From positions 1 to 56,849 of IMG/VR virus record IMGVR_UViG_3300025108_000058: 56,849 nt of DNA; one strand, 5' to 3'. The first letter of the stretch is position 1. Each line of letters begins with the position of its first letter. Below the pieces are notes generated by a model. That model did no database searches. It worked only from the letters and a program-made list of their open reading frames with translations, and was not told the DNA's origin. A program made the translations under genes and the position numbers. This document shows, piece after piece, positions 47,656 through 56,800 of this stretch. The DNA comes from a virus. Lineage: Duplodnaviria > Caudoviricetes.

Positions 47656-50600
47656 TTACTTCTTTTTCTTTTTATATCCTTTGTGCCAATGTTCATTAGA
47701 TGTTTTAATCTCTAACTCACTAACTGGTATATCTTCTACTGTTTTGCCGCTTTCAAATAAAACGTCATAATGAGTAACTACATGTTTCTCTCCTTCTTTA
47801 ACTAGAGTATGTTTCTCTGGTATACAATTACCTTTTCCATACTTCTCATGTACTACTTTAGCAGCACAATCGTGAGCAAATCCAGGTCCAGATTCTTTTA
47901 CTTCTTGATCTGCCTCAGTATCTGGTGCTTTTGCAACGTAGTTAAGTAGTTTTAGTACTCTCTTTATATTTCCATTAGCTGTAAAATCAGTAGGTTCTTT
48001 ATCGTTTATTTGATTAAAAAGAGATAGAAGTGCAGTAGCCATTGATTGTGCATTCTTTACATTAGCATTATAACCACGTAAGATAGTATCTGGTATTGGT
48101 CTTGCTTCTGCTTCATCTATATCATCATCATCATAGCCTGGAATATCGTATATACCCATACCGTCTAATTCTGAATTGGAAAATTCAGCACTTAGTCTCT
48201 TTCTAAATTCTGGTACACTAGTAATCCATCCGTGTAGTGCTTCTACTGCACCTGGATTATCTTCTATAAATTCTTCGAATCCACCACTATATCCTATAGC
48301 TCCAAATAAAGTTTCTAACTCCCTAGAGCTTTCTTTGATTGTATCTTCTTCTTTTACTATTTTACTTCCTTTAATTCTACTATGTGCTATACCGTATACA
48401 TCTCCGTTTCCGAAATCTACTGTAGCTTGAGTATCTGATATTTTAGTTACCTTTCCTTTTTTACCGTCTTTAGTAAGTGTATCTCCAACTTTTACTTCAG
48501 ATACTACTTCTTGCATATAGTCTTCTAGATTTTTATCTACTGGTAATTGAAATTTATCTGCTAAAGCTAATACTATTTCTGCTGCTGCGTCTCTCTCTGA
48601 TATATCATCATTGTTAGACATATTTTGTACAGCTTTTAATACATCATCGAAATCTCCTCTTCCTTCATCTAATTCTTGATCTCTACCTGTTCCTGCTATT
48701 TTATCATCTTGTTTAGCTAATAGCTCTTTATATTTAGCGTTTATTTGTTTTACTTTTTTGATAAACTTTATTCTCTTAGGATCATCTTGAGGTAATTTAT
48801 TCATAGAAGGAGCTAAATCCTTAATGAATTTTCTACCTTGAATAATCTTATCCATCTCAGAATTTTCTTTTATACCTTCTAATTGTAAGCCATCTATTTG
48901 GTCATACCTTACTTCATGCTCTTCTCCATCTTGATCTACACCAAATACAGTATCGTCATTCCACATATTAGCATTATCGTCGTTACCATTTTTAGGATTA
49001 TAGATAATTAAATACTTATCATCAAAAGTTCTAATCATAGCATCGTCTGATTGTCCTAGGTAAGCTAATAATTTTTGTTTTGTATACTCTTCATTTACAT
49101 TTGTACCTCCATGTCTAGCCATTGCTGCTTTAAAGTCTCCTTTATATAGCTGCTTTACTATTTTACGTCCTAACATTTCTAATTCGTCAGCATCAAGAGA
49201 GTGTGGTCTATCAAATCCATCTAAATAATTTTGAGCCATTACTCCGTAGTCAGCAGGATCTATAACGTCTTCTATACCTTCATTATAGTCATAGTCGTCA
49301 TTATTAGCATTTTTTATCATATCAGCTATCTTTGCAAGAGTAGCTTTATCCTTATCTGACAGTCTATGACCTAAGTGAGTAGGTTTTCCTCTGTCGTCAA
49401 ATTTTTGTTCGATATCTTGTTCGTTTATTTCTTGCATCTGTTTAAAATATTTTGTCATCTCGTTTTTAACGAGCTCTGTATTTATAAAAGGTTCACCTGA
49501 AGGTTTAACTCCTACATCTGATAAAACGATGTCTTTATCGTTTGCCAAGAATATTAGTTTGTTTCCATCTATTTGAAATCTGTATGATACCTCTGAGTCA
49601 TTCTTATATATAATATGTACTGTAAATGCTTCTGGTACGCTAGGAGATAGTGCTGAGGAGAATACTTTTTTAATTCTAGCTTTAGATACTTCGTCTCCTG
49701 AAGCATGTACTGCTTGTACGATTGCTTTTCCGGCTTTACTAGCTATGATAGAAAGATGCTCTTTACTTAAGTTTACGTTGTCTTGTTCTTTTAACTTATT
49801 ACCAGCTTTAACTGCATCTTTATGTGCTTTAGAATTACCATGAGAAGCTTTTTTCCCTGCTTTTCTCTTAGCATTTATATTAGCCCAAAGTCCTTCTTTA
49901 TTTATCTTCTGACCAGCTTTAACTGCATCTTTATGTGCTTTAGAATTTTTATGAGCAGGTTTTTCACCTCTAGCTCTTTTAGCTCTGATATTAGCCCATA
50001 GCCCTGGTCTTTTCTTTTCTCCTATATAGTCTTTTTCAGCTTCTCTATCTGCTTGATAATCTGTTTCTTCTTGATCTCCAGCATTCATAAGTAAGTTACC
50101 TAACTCTTTATCTTGTTCCATTTTAGGATTAATAAGAGTAATAGCATTTGGATGTGTGTCTCCTCTACCAATATGTAGTTCGTAGTCTTGTCCTTCTTTA
50201 TATTTATATTTAAGGTAGTCAATTAAATACTGAGTAGCATCCAAATCGTACCCTAAAGCAAAGACATCGTCTTGACCTTCATTAAAAGTATCATCATAGC
50301 TTTTAGGTTTTGTTCCTTTAGCTTTTGCTATTGCAGCATCTATCTTATTAAGCATATCTCCATACTTATCTGCTATTGGACCTCCTTCTGGTTCAGCTTC
50401 CTGCTCCATATCTCTCATTACCTGGTCTCTTTTGATTTGAAGTTTGGATAATATTGCTGAGTTTTTAGGAGATGCTGTTTTGTTATCTTTCTTTTTAGCC
50501 ATCCTAGATTGTAATGCTCTTAATTTCATAAGAACAGGATCGTTAATATCTTTAGTTTCGTCTAAATCGTGGCTTTTATCTACAACAGAAATACCATTAG

Positions 50601-51069
50601 CTTCTAAATCCATAGATAAGTCGTATATAAACTCTGCTGGATCTGAGTCAGGGTTATAGTGATCGTGATCAGTAGTTGCTGATGTAAAGTTAAAGTATAC
50701 AATTACATTTCCGTCTCCATCATCATCGACTATGTCAGTACTTACGTACTCACTGTCTATATTTTGATCTATAACTTGTATAGCTTTTTTATAATCTTTT
50801 CTAGATACTTTTATATAAGTTGTTTGATGTGGACCTTCTGTTTTAAGATTTACGTTAACTCCTTTCTTAGCTAATTTCTCTGCTTCTTCAGAGTCTTTAG
50901 TAACTACCATTCCTGCTTCTTGTTCTTTTAATTGATTCTCAAGAGATTCCTTAAGTAATTCTAATTTTTTCACTGTTTTGTTATCTTTTTCCACCGCTTT
51001 ATTTTCTCTGTAACACTTAAGAGTGTATTCGCATTTAGATAAACGATCTTTAAGTTCTTTGTAATTCAT
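47656..51069 (-). CDS. Large modular putative internal head protein
   Basis: 1137 aa of short modules bounded by (L/I/V)xE; duplicated GLWANIxAKR module; SH3-like segments. Confidence 0.6.
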   Translation of the reverse strand: MNYKELKDRLSKCEYTLKCYRENKAVEKDNKTVKKLELLKESLENQLKEQEAGMVVTKDSEEAEKLAKKGVNVNLKTEGPHQTTYIKVSRKDYKKAIQVIDQNIDSEYVSTDIVDDDGDGNVIVYFNFTSATTDHDHYNPDSDPAEFIYDLSMDLEANGISVVDKSHDLDETKDINDPVLMKLRALQSRMAKKKDNKTASPKNSAILSKLQIKRDQVMRDMEQEAEPEGGPIADKYGDMLNKIDAAIAKAKGTKPKSYDDTFNEGQDDVFALGYDLDATQYLIDYLKYKYKEGQDYELHIGRGDTHPNAITLINPKMEQDKELGNLLMNAGDQEETDYQADREAEKDYIGEKKRPGLWANIRAKRARGEKPAHKNSKAHKDAVKAGQKINKEGLWANINAKRKAGKKASHGNSKAHKDAVKAGNKLKEQDNVNLSKEHLSIIASKAGKAIVQAVHASGDEVSKARIKKVFSSALSPSVPEAFTVHIIYKNDSEVSYRFQIDGNKLIFLANDKDIVLSDVGVKPSGEPFINTELVKNEMTKYFKQMQEINEQDIEQKFDDRGKPTHLGHRLSDKDKATLAKIADMIKNANNDDYDYNEGIEDVIDPADYGVMAQNYLDGFDRPHSLDADELEMLGRKIVKQLYKGDFKAAMARHGGTNVNEEYTKQKLLAYLGQSDDAMIRTFDDKYLIIYNPKNGNDDNANMWNDDTVFGVDQDGEEHEVRYDQIDGLQLEGIKENSEMDKIIQGRKFIKDLAPSMNKLPQDDPKRIKFIKKVKQINAKYKELLAKQDDKIAGTGRDQELDEGRGDFDDVLKAVQNMSNNDDISERDAAAEIVLALADKFQLPVDKNLEDYMQEVVSEVKVGDTLTKDGKKGKVTKISDTQATVDFGNGDVYGIAHSRIKGSKIVKEEDTIKESSRELETLFGAIGYSGGFEEFIEDNPGAVEALHGWITSVPEFRKRLSAEFSNSELDGMGIYDIPGYDDDDIDEAEARPIPDTILRGYNANVKNAQSMATALLSLFNQINDKEPTDFTANGNIKRVLKLLNYVAKAPDTEADQEVKESGPGFAHDCAAKVVHEKYGKGNCIPEKHTLVKEGEKHVVTHYDVLFESGKTVEDIPVSELEIKTSNEHWHKGYKKKKK
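49801..49947. repeat. Perfect 36-bp direct repeat (111-bp period) within tandem GLWANI...AHKDAVKAG modules
   Basis: accagctttaactgcatctttatgtgctttagaatt at 49801..49836 and 49912..49947. Confidence 0.9.
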
Positions 51070-51090
51070 AGATAGAGTATTGTATACGTA

Positions 51091-51098
51091 TATAAATA
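51091..51098 (-). promoter_or_regulatory. Putative late promoter TATTTATA
   Basis: Recurrent 8-mer upstream of 51069 start. Confidence 0.6.
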
Positions 51099-51104
51099 AA
51101 TAGA

Positions 51105-51731
51105 TTAACTATCCCAAATAACGTTTTTGAACTTCTCTGGGGATAAACCAAAATAGTCTGTTCTCCATTTAGTTTGTTCAAAAAAATCTAAATAAAACCA
51201 ATCATCTTTTCTTCTCCACAGGGCTTTAGCTACATCATCCCAATCTAATTTAAGAAGAAATTCTTCAATCTCCAACTTTTTCTCTATAACTTGTTCATAA
51301 TAAAAGGAGTCCCATTCGTAATGAAATACTTCAAATACTGCATTAGGTGAAACATAATCGATAGAAATGTCTATTCCCCATTTCGGTTTCATTTTTATTA
51401 ACTTATATAACATTGGATTATAAGGTGCTACAGCGTAAAGCTGTTCTAATGCGTTAGAGCTGAATCCTTTTCTTTCAAATAAGTCTGAATGGTTAATATG
51501 AGCTCCGTCTCTTTTATCCCATAACATCCAATCGTATCTCATACAATCTTCATGTCTTCTTTCTATTGTTTGATATCCGTTATAACCTAAGAAAGCTTGT
51601 TCAGCTTTAGTTAAATGATATCCATTTTGATCAAATAGGTCAACAGAATTAGGATCTTTAAGTGTTTTAATATCTTCAGTAGGGTCTAAGAAATTAGGTT
51701 CCCTATGTAGTGTAGTATTTGCTATTTTCAT
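51105..51731 (-). CDS. Hypothetical protein
   Basis: 208-aa aromatic-rich ORF (DLFDQNGY, KPKWGIDISIDY). Confidence 0.7.
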   Translation of the reverse strand: MKIANTTLHREPNFLDPTEDIKTLKDPNSVDLFDQNGYHLTKAEQAFLGYNGYQTIERRHEDCMRYDWMLWDKRDGAHINHSDLFERKGFSSNALEQLYAVAPYNPMLYKLIKMKPKWGIDISIDYVSPNAVFEVFHYEWDSFYYEQVIEKKLEIEEFLLKLDWDDVAKALWRRKDDWFYLDFFEQTKWRTDYFGLSPEKFKNVIWDS

Positions 51732-52303
51732 TTTTTACCACCTTTCATATTAGCACACCAGTGGTACATTTTACCTTTTTCACCACCGTGTTTTTTTGCT
51801 TTAGCTCTTAAAGATGATACTGAACCTTTGCATGATGCTCCAGACTTTTTTACTCTGCCTGGTCTTGATTTACCTTTCTTTTTACCGTCTTTATAGTTTT
51901 CGGATAATTCAGATATATCAACAATCCAAATTTTTGGATCAATTCCTTTTTTTACTAGTCCTGCTAATCTAGTATTACCTGCTACTAAATCGTAATCGTT
52001 ATCAGAAAATTTAACAGCTATGGACATTTCAATAGTTCCTTTGTTGAAAGCATCTATAAATCTCTGTTTTTTAGGTTCTTCTAAACTATCAAAGTTTAAG
52101 TCTACATTACCTAAATTATCTTTTATGGAGCTATAAGGTACTGGTTGGCCTTGGTTAGCTATATTAATCCATTCCTCTTTCCCAATCTTCACAAACTCAG
52201 AATAACGTTCAGCCTCTTCCCATTCGTTATCAAAGTTTGGATGAGAGTATTTGATCTCGTAAATAATCTCACCGATGAGCTGGGCTAGAGTAAGGGTGTT
52301 CAT
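51728..52303 (-). CDS. ParB-like domain protein with basic C-terminal module
   Basis: YDLVAGNTRL ParB-like motif; after LSE a Lys-rich tail with two Cys. Confidence 0.55.
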   Translation of the reverse strand: MNTLTLAQLIGEIIYEIKYSHPNFDNEWEEAERYSEFVKIGKEEWINIANQGQPVPYSSIKDNLGNVDLNFDSLEEPKKQRFIDAFNKGTIEMSIAVKFSDNDYDLVAGNTRLAGLVKKGIDPKIWIVDISELSENYKDGKKKGKSRPGRVKKSGASCKGSVSSLRAKAKKHGGEKGKMYHWCANMKGGKK

Positions 52304-52491
52304 ATTCTTTTGGCAAGTTCTTTAAGTATAATACTTTTTTTTCTTTTATAACTAGAGTTTTCAAGTAACTTCTTTAACTCTTCTGTTGATGTAGTAGCTG
52401 GAGTATAATGTTTCCATGACCATTTTTTAGTCATTTTACCTCTAGCGTCCCTGACATACTCTTTAGATGAAGGTTTTAATTTTGCTGGCAT
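52300..52491 (-). CDS. Small basic hypothetical protein
   Basis: 63 aa, Lys-rich, overlaps next gene by ATGA. Confidence 0.6.
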   Translation of the reverse strand: MPAKLKPSSKEYVRDARGKMTKKWSWKHYTPATTSTEELKKLLENSSYKRKKSIILKELAKRI

Positions 52492-52502
52492 TGTTTTTTT
52501 AT

Positions 52503-52856
52503 TTATCCTTCAGCGTGCATCATAAACATTCTTATGATAATAGCTGCTATAATACCGAAAATAATCCAAAGTGCTCTAGTAACTCCTTCTTTCCAATTTT
52601 TAAGAGTTTCTACCTCAGCTAACTTATTTTCGAATTCTTTTTGATTAGATTGAAGAAGTACTCTCCATTCTGTGTTTTTATTAGTGTTTACAATAACTCC
52701 AGTATCTGGGTTTAGTAAGGTTTTCTTTAGAGAAGAAATGTCTACTTTTAACTCACTAACGTCAACCTGCATTTGTTTTAATTCGCCGTTCGGCATTTGC
52801 TCTTTGACGTGTTTAATTTCTTTTAGAACTGATTCTAAGATCTGTTTCTGTGTCAT
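52503..52856 (-). CDS. Coiled-coil protein with C-terminal transmembrane helix
   Basis: ALWIIFGIIAAIIIRMF hydrophobic segment; preceded by TATTTATA. Confidence 0.7.
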   Translation of the reverse strand: MTQKQILESVLKEIKHVKEQMPNGELKQMQVDVSELKVDISSLKKTLLNPDTGVIVNTNKNTEWRVLLQSNQKEFENKLAEVETLKNWKEGVTRALWIIFGIIAAIIIRMFMMHAEG

Positions 52857-52867
52857 TGTATTTTATA

Positions 52868-52875
52868 TATAAATA
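52868..52875 (-). promoter_or_regulatory. Putative late promoter TATTTATA
   Basis: Recurrent 8-mer upstream of 52856 start. Confidence 0.55.
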
Positions 52876-53457
52876 TCACTCTATATGCTTACGCATAACT
52901 GTTGTGAATTCTTTTAAGTCTTTAAGTATTTTATCTTTAGTTTCTTTATTCATACCGCCCCAATCTTCAATAGCTCCTTGTTCAGTAACAAATGTATGTT
53001 TATCGTTAACTGAATCAAGTACCCAGTTTTCAATATCCTTTACTACCTCTTTAGCATTACCTTTAATCATCCTCTGTTCATACTGTTTGTATAATCCTGC
53101 TTTTTTAAGGGAATGTTCATACTCTACAACACAAGGGTCAAAACAAAAACCATGTATCTTATACATTTTTTTAGCTAACCAGTGCTCCATAGGACCATTA
53201 CATTTAGGGCACCTAAGAGGCATTCTTAATGCTTTTTTTGCAGCGTCTAGCTTAGTAATGTTCTGTTTAATTCCGTTCTTAATAGTCCACTGTTTACCGC
53301 TTTCTTCCCATATGTCTCCTTCTATATGTTTTATAGAAGTTTTTCGGTAACCGGCTTGTACTTTAACTCCAGAAGTGAAATCTTTATTTACTAAATTTCT
53401 TACTCTCTGAACGTCGCTTTGTTTGAACTCTTTTTTTAATAATGTTTCTTTACTCAT
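52876..53457 (-). CDS. Hypothetical Zn-finger protein
   Basis: CPKC...CFDPC; EGDIWEESGKQWTIKNGIKQN. Confidence 0.7.
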   Translation of the reverse strand: MSKETLLKKEFKQSDVQRVRNLVNKDFTSGVKVQAGYRKTSIKHIEGDIWEESGKQWTIKNGIKQNITKLDAAKKALRMPLRCPKCNGPMEHWLAKKMYKIHGFCFDPCVVEYEHSLKKAGLYKQYEQRMIKGNAKEVVKDIENWVLDSVNDKHTFVTEQGAIEDWGGMNKETKDKILKDLKEFTTVMRKHIE

Positions 53458-53992
53458 AACCTAACTCTTTCAATCCTTTTAAGGCATCGCTTATATCTCC
53501 TTTTCTAACTCTAAATGCTATACCTCCTTTAGCTTGCCATTCTTCTATGTTTGACGGTTTATCGTCGATTAATATACTGTTTTCGTTTGCGTAATTTTGT
53601 TTACTTTTAGAATAAGCAAATATAGTTTTTGGTTTAGGGTTTAATTTATTTCTTACCCATAGGTTTTTACCCAATCTTGATGAATCATGTCTGGAAGGAG
53701 AGGTTAATAATTTAGGACTATACTCCTTAATAAAGTCCCATAGTACTTTTCCTTTTGGCATCCAGTCCATTCCAACCCAGAATTTAACTCCTACTTTTAC
53801 ATCTATTAAGTGCCAAAATGCTTCTAATCCAAATTCTTTTTCGTACTCTTGAGGATGTTTACCTGTAAAGTGTTCAAAACGCTTTTCAAAATTTGTTAAA
53901 ACTCCATCCATATCACAGTATATTTGATAAGGAGGTTTTACTTTTTCTTCCGGAAGCGGATATGCTTCTAATAAATCTACTAATTTTCCCAT
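53450..53992 (-). CDS. HAD-family 5'(3')-deoxyribonucleotidase-like protein
   Basis: YCDMDGVLTNF, LTSP, GK..W, ILIDD..NIEEW...GG. Confidence 0.82.
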   Translation of the reverse strand: MGKLVDLLEAYPLPEEKVKPPYQIYCDMDGVLTNFEKRFEHFTGKHPQEYEKEFGLEAFWHLIDVKVGVKFWVGMDWMPKGKVLWDFIKEYSPKLLTSPSRHDSSRLGKNLWVRNKLNPKPKTIFAYSKSKQNYANENSILIDDKPSNIEEWQAKGGIAFRVRKGDISDALKGLKELGYE

Positions 53993-53997
53993 AACCT

Positions 53998-55209
53998 TTA
54001 TTGATTTTTTATTTTATCTTCCCAATTGCGGAAAGTAATATTACCTAATGTATAGGCTTCTTTTTCTATCTCTACTAATTCTTCATCTTCATTGGTATTT
54101 GTAGTCCCGTAGTTTTTTAATCTACCTTCTACGTTTTGAATATGGTGAACCATTTCATGAGTAAAAGATCTGAGTACATCTTTAGGGTGTCTGCCTTCGG
54201 TATATAATACTACTTCTTTTAATTCAGGGTTATAATAAGCTGTTCTACCAAATACACTAGAAGCTTCTGCTATGTCTTTTTTTATTTTAATCTCCGGTAA
54301 AGGAGTAATGTTTAGTTTTTGATCTAACATATACTCTAATATAGACCCCATAAAAGGTGTGAAATCGAAATCAGATTTAGCAAACTCATTAGATATACTC
54401 ACTCTAATATGATCTTGCATAAATTTAACTGCTATATTGTCACTACCTATTTGATTTTTTATTCTCTTATATAAGGTAATTAAGTGAGCTCTGTCTTTTG
54501 ACTTCATAGCTGATCTAGGAGCTATGTGTGTACCAGATGTACCTTCAACAACAGACTCTTTTTCAGAAACAAATATCTCAGTTAATACATCTTCTAACTT
54601 TTGTTTCATTTGTTCTGATACTATACTTCCTTTTAACATATTTAATATTTTTAACATTTCGTCGCTAGATAAACTTTTAGGAAAAAAGTCTCTTACCTGG
54701 TCTAAATTACCGCTAAGTATAGCTTTTCTAAAGTTTGTTGCTCTAACATTATTACTATCGTTTGAAGTAACTGATAATCCTTTTACGTTTGGTGTTTTCT
54801 TAAAAGCAGAAATTCTTCCTAAATCTCTAAGATCATCTTTTTCTCTAATACCTGCTACAGCATAAAATTCTTCATCATTATGTAGTGCTGCATAGTCTCT
54901 AGCTAAAGTCATTGGATTACCTTCCTCGGTAACTATTTCTATATTAGTTAGATATTTTTTGTAAATATTCCATATAGCAGCTGATTGCTCTTTATTGATT
55001 CCGTTTCTTTCGTTTCCTCCTATAAAGATGACTACCTTATCAACCTTTTCTATCTTATCAAATCTTTTGTCTAATACATTATCTCCAGCTTGTTTATAGT
55101 TATCTAACCCGTAAAGTTTGCCTTTAATAGACCCGTCTAATAACCTTTGGGCTATTTCGAAATGTCCTCTGTGAGGGGGTTTAAAAGCTCCTGGGTATAG
55201 TGCTATCAT
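53998..55209 (-). CDS. HIGH-superfamily nucleotidyltransferase fused to HExxH metallopeptidase-like domain
   Basis: ALYPGAFKPPHRGH, RATNFRK (KMSKS-like); C-terminal RHPKDVLRSFTHEMVHHIQ...EKEAY. Confidence 0.78.
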   Translation of the reverse strand: MIALYPGAFKPPHRGHFEIAQRLLDGSIKGKLYGLDNYKQAGDNVLDKRFDKIEKVDKVVIFIGGNERNGINKEQSAAIWNIYKKYLTNIEIVTEEGNPMTLARDYAALHNDEEFYAVAGIREKDDLRDLGRISAFKKTPNVKGLSVTSNDSNNVRATNFRKAILSGNLDQVRDFFPKSLSSDEMLKILNMLKGSIVSEQMKQKLEDVLTEIFVSEKESVVEGTSGTHIAPRSAMKSKDRAHLITLYKRIKNQIGSDNIAVKFMQDHIRVSISNEFAKSDFDFTPFMGSILEYMLDQKLNITPLPEIKIKKDIAEASSVFGRTAYYNPELKEVVLYTEGRHPKDVLRSFTHEMVHHIQNVEGRLKNYGTTNTNEDEELVEIEKEAYTLGNITFRNWEDKIKNQ

Positions 55210-56132
55210 GCTAAGAATGATTGTAAGTTAGAATCTATTTCTCTAGGAGTGTTACTAACAAGTTTAGAGTTAAAAACAGGGCTAAATAACATTTCAGCTA
55301 TATTCTCTAAAACTTCTTCTTCTCTCTTAACTGCTTTTTCTTTACTAGTTCTATAACTTTTAAGTTTAGCAGTCATCTTATCATCTCCGGGTCCTACTCC
55401 ATTTTTTTGATACCAATCTTGAAAATATTTTTTTAACGTTCTATCTTCACTATAATTATCTCTATCATAATCCATATGAGACGTTGCATTAACAAACTCC
55501 TGATTTTCTTCAGCAGATAGTTTAATTGGGTTTCTGAATGATGAACCGTCTATCTTATTTTCTTCAGAATATCTTTGTAAATAGTCTTTGATACCCTGTG
55601 CTCCATTTTTAGCAGCTGTATCAAATCCTTTAATTTCTTTCTCAAATCCTGGTCTTGCATTTACAAATAAAGAAAAATTACCTTTAGTCATCTTAGAATA
55701 ATCTTGTATTAATTGATAAACATTTCTCCAAGTAGAAAACACAGCTGAACCAGGTACATTTCTTTCTCTTTTAAAGTTAGAAATATATGCAATCATAGGG
55801 TGAGTGTACACCATTACCATGTATACGTTAAATCCACTCGAAATAAGATCTTTTATCTTTTTGGGGTTACTAGCAGTTGTATCCCAAACAAAAGATTTCT
55901 TATTATCTACGAGAGACTGAGCTTCTTGGTCCGCTGCTCGAGTTGCTGGACCTAGCTTGTTGTATGCTGGATGGTCTGGATTCTCCACGAACTTGTCTGG
56001 ATTGACTAGGGGAAGAGATTTGAGGTCTAATTGCTGGAGTAGATGTGTTTTCCCTGCTCCAGACCCCCCTGCCATTACTATTACCTTCGGGCCTGCCGTA
56101 GCTTCTAGGATTAGATCTGATAGTTTTATCAT
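55206..56132 (-). CDS. Zeta-toxin/AAA_33-like P-loop kinase
   Basis: MAGGSGAGKT Walker A, VNPDKFVE, FVWDTTA, SNFKRER.VP. Confidence 0.78.
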   Translation of the reverse strand: MIKLSDLILEATAGPKVIVMAGGSGAGKTHLLQQLDLKSLPLVNPDKFVENPDHPAYNKLGPATRAADQEAQSLVDNKKSFVWDTTASNPKKIKDLISSGFNVYMVMVYTHPMIAYISNFKRERNVPGSAVFSTWRNVYQLIQDYSKMTKGNFSLFVNARPGFEKEIKGFDTAAKNGAQGIKDYLQRYSEENKIDGSSFRNPIKLSAEENQEFVNATSHMDYDRDNYSEDRTLKKYFQDWYQKNGVGPGDDKMTAKLKSYRTSKEKAVKREEEVLENIAEMLFSPVFNSKLVSNTPREIDSNLQSFLA

Positions 56133-56787
56133 TGTTAAACTTATTTGGATTATTATATTCTCTTATTATTATATTTTTATTTCCGCCTTTAAGTATGTTT
56201 ACAGACTCTCTAAGTTTATATTCTCTTACTTCTGGTCTATTATATACCCTTACGTTACTATTATTATTAGCGATAGCTCTAGTTCTAACTCTATTTTTTA
56301 TCTCTCTATCTTTAATGTCTTTTTGAGTACTCTGTCTGTAATTATTCATATGAGCCATAGAAGGTCTATTCCATAAGTGAAAATTACTATAGTATGGATC
56401 GTAACTATTCCATCCCCATTGTCTAAATCTATATGGATCCCAATGATTGAATGTACCAAAATTAAAATTAAAGTTCCAGTCAAACCAGAAGTCATATCTG
56501 TTTACATATAAGTCCCATGGAGTAACATTTCTATTATACTTCCATAAAAAGTTTCTATTGTAAAAAGAATAATACCAACGTAAGTCTTGCTGTTTAGCAA
56601 ATTGAGAATAATTCCATCTAAACTTACTATCTCTACTAAACTTTCTGTATAGTGATGATTCACTGTCGATCACATCTACTAAGATACCTTCCTGGGTAAC
56701 TATAGGAGAATGATTAAGCGTGGCTACTTTAAAGTTAGCACAGCTAGTTACTAAAAATAATGCAAGTATAAATGTTATCTTTTTCAT
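55903..56787 (-). CDS. Lipoprotein with W/Y/N-rich core and S/R-rich disordered tail
   Basis: MKKITFILALFLVTS-C lipobox signal; C-terminal 230 nt overlap the kinase gene. Confidence 0.72.
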   Translation of the reverse strand: MKKITFILALFLVTSCANFKVATLNHSPIVTQEGILVDVIDSESSLYRKFSRDSKFRWNYSQFAKQQDLRWYYSFYNRNFLWKYNRNVTPWDLYVNRYDFWFDWNFNFNFGTFNHWDPYRFRQWGWNSYDPYYSNFHLWNRPSMAHMNNYRQSTQKDIKDREIKNRVRTRAIANNNSNVRVYNRPEVREYKLRESVNILKGGNKNIIIREYNNPNKFNNDKTIRSNPRSYGRPEGNSNGRGVWSRENTSTPAIRPQISSPSQSRQVRGESRPSSIQQARSSNSSSGPRSSVSRR

Positions 56788-56800
56788 ATAAATGGTTTAT

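Noticed and set aside
55206-56132. Epsilon-zeta toxin-antitoxin pair
   Set aside because: No small antitoxin-like gene is adjacent; only the P-loop fold similarity is supported
1359-56376. All plus-strand ORFs in the track (e.g. 29964..30296, 41627..42061, 52850..53350, 55957..56376)
   Set aside because: They lie antisense to well-supported minus-strand genes, have no recognisable motifs and show shadow-frame composition
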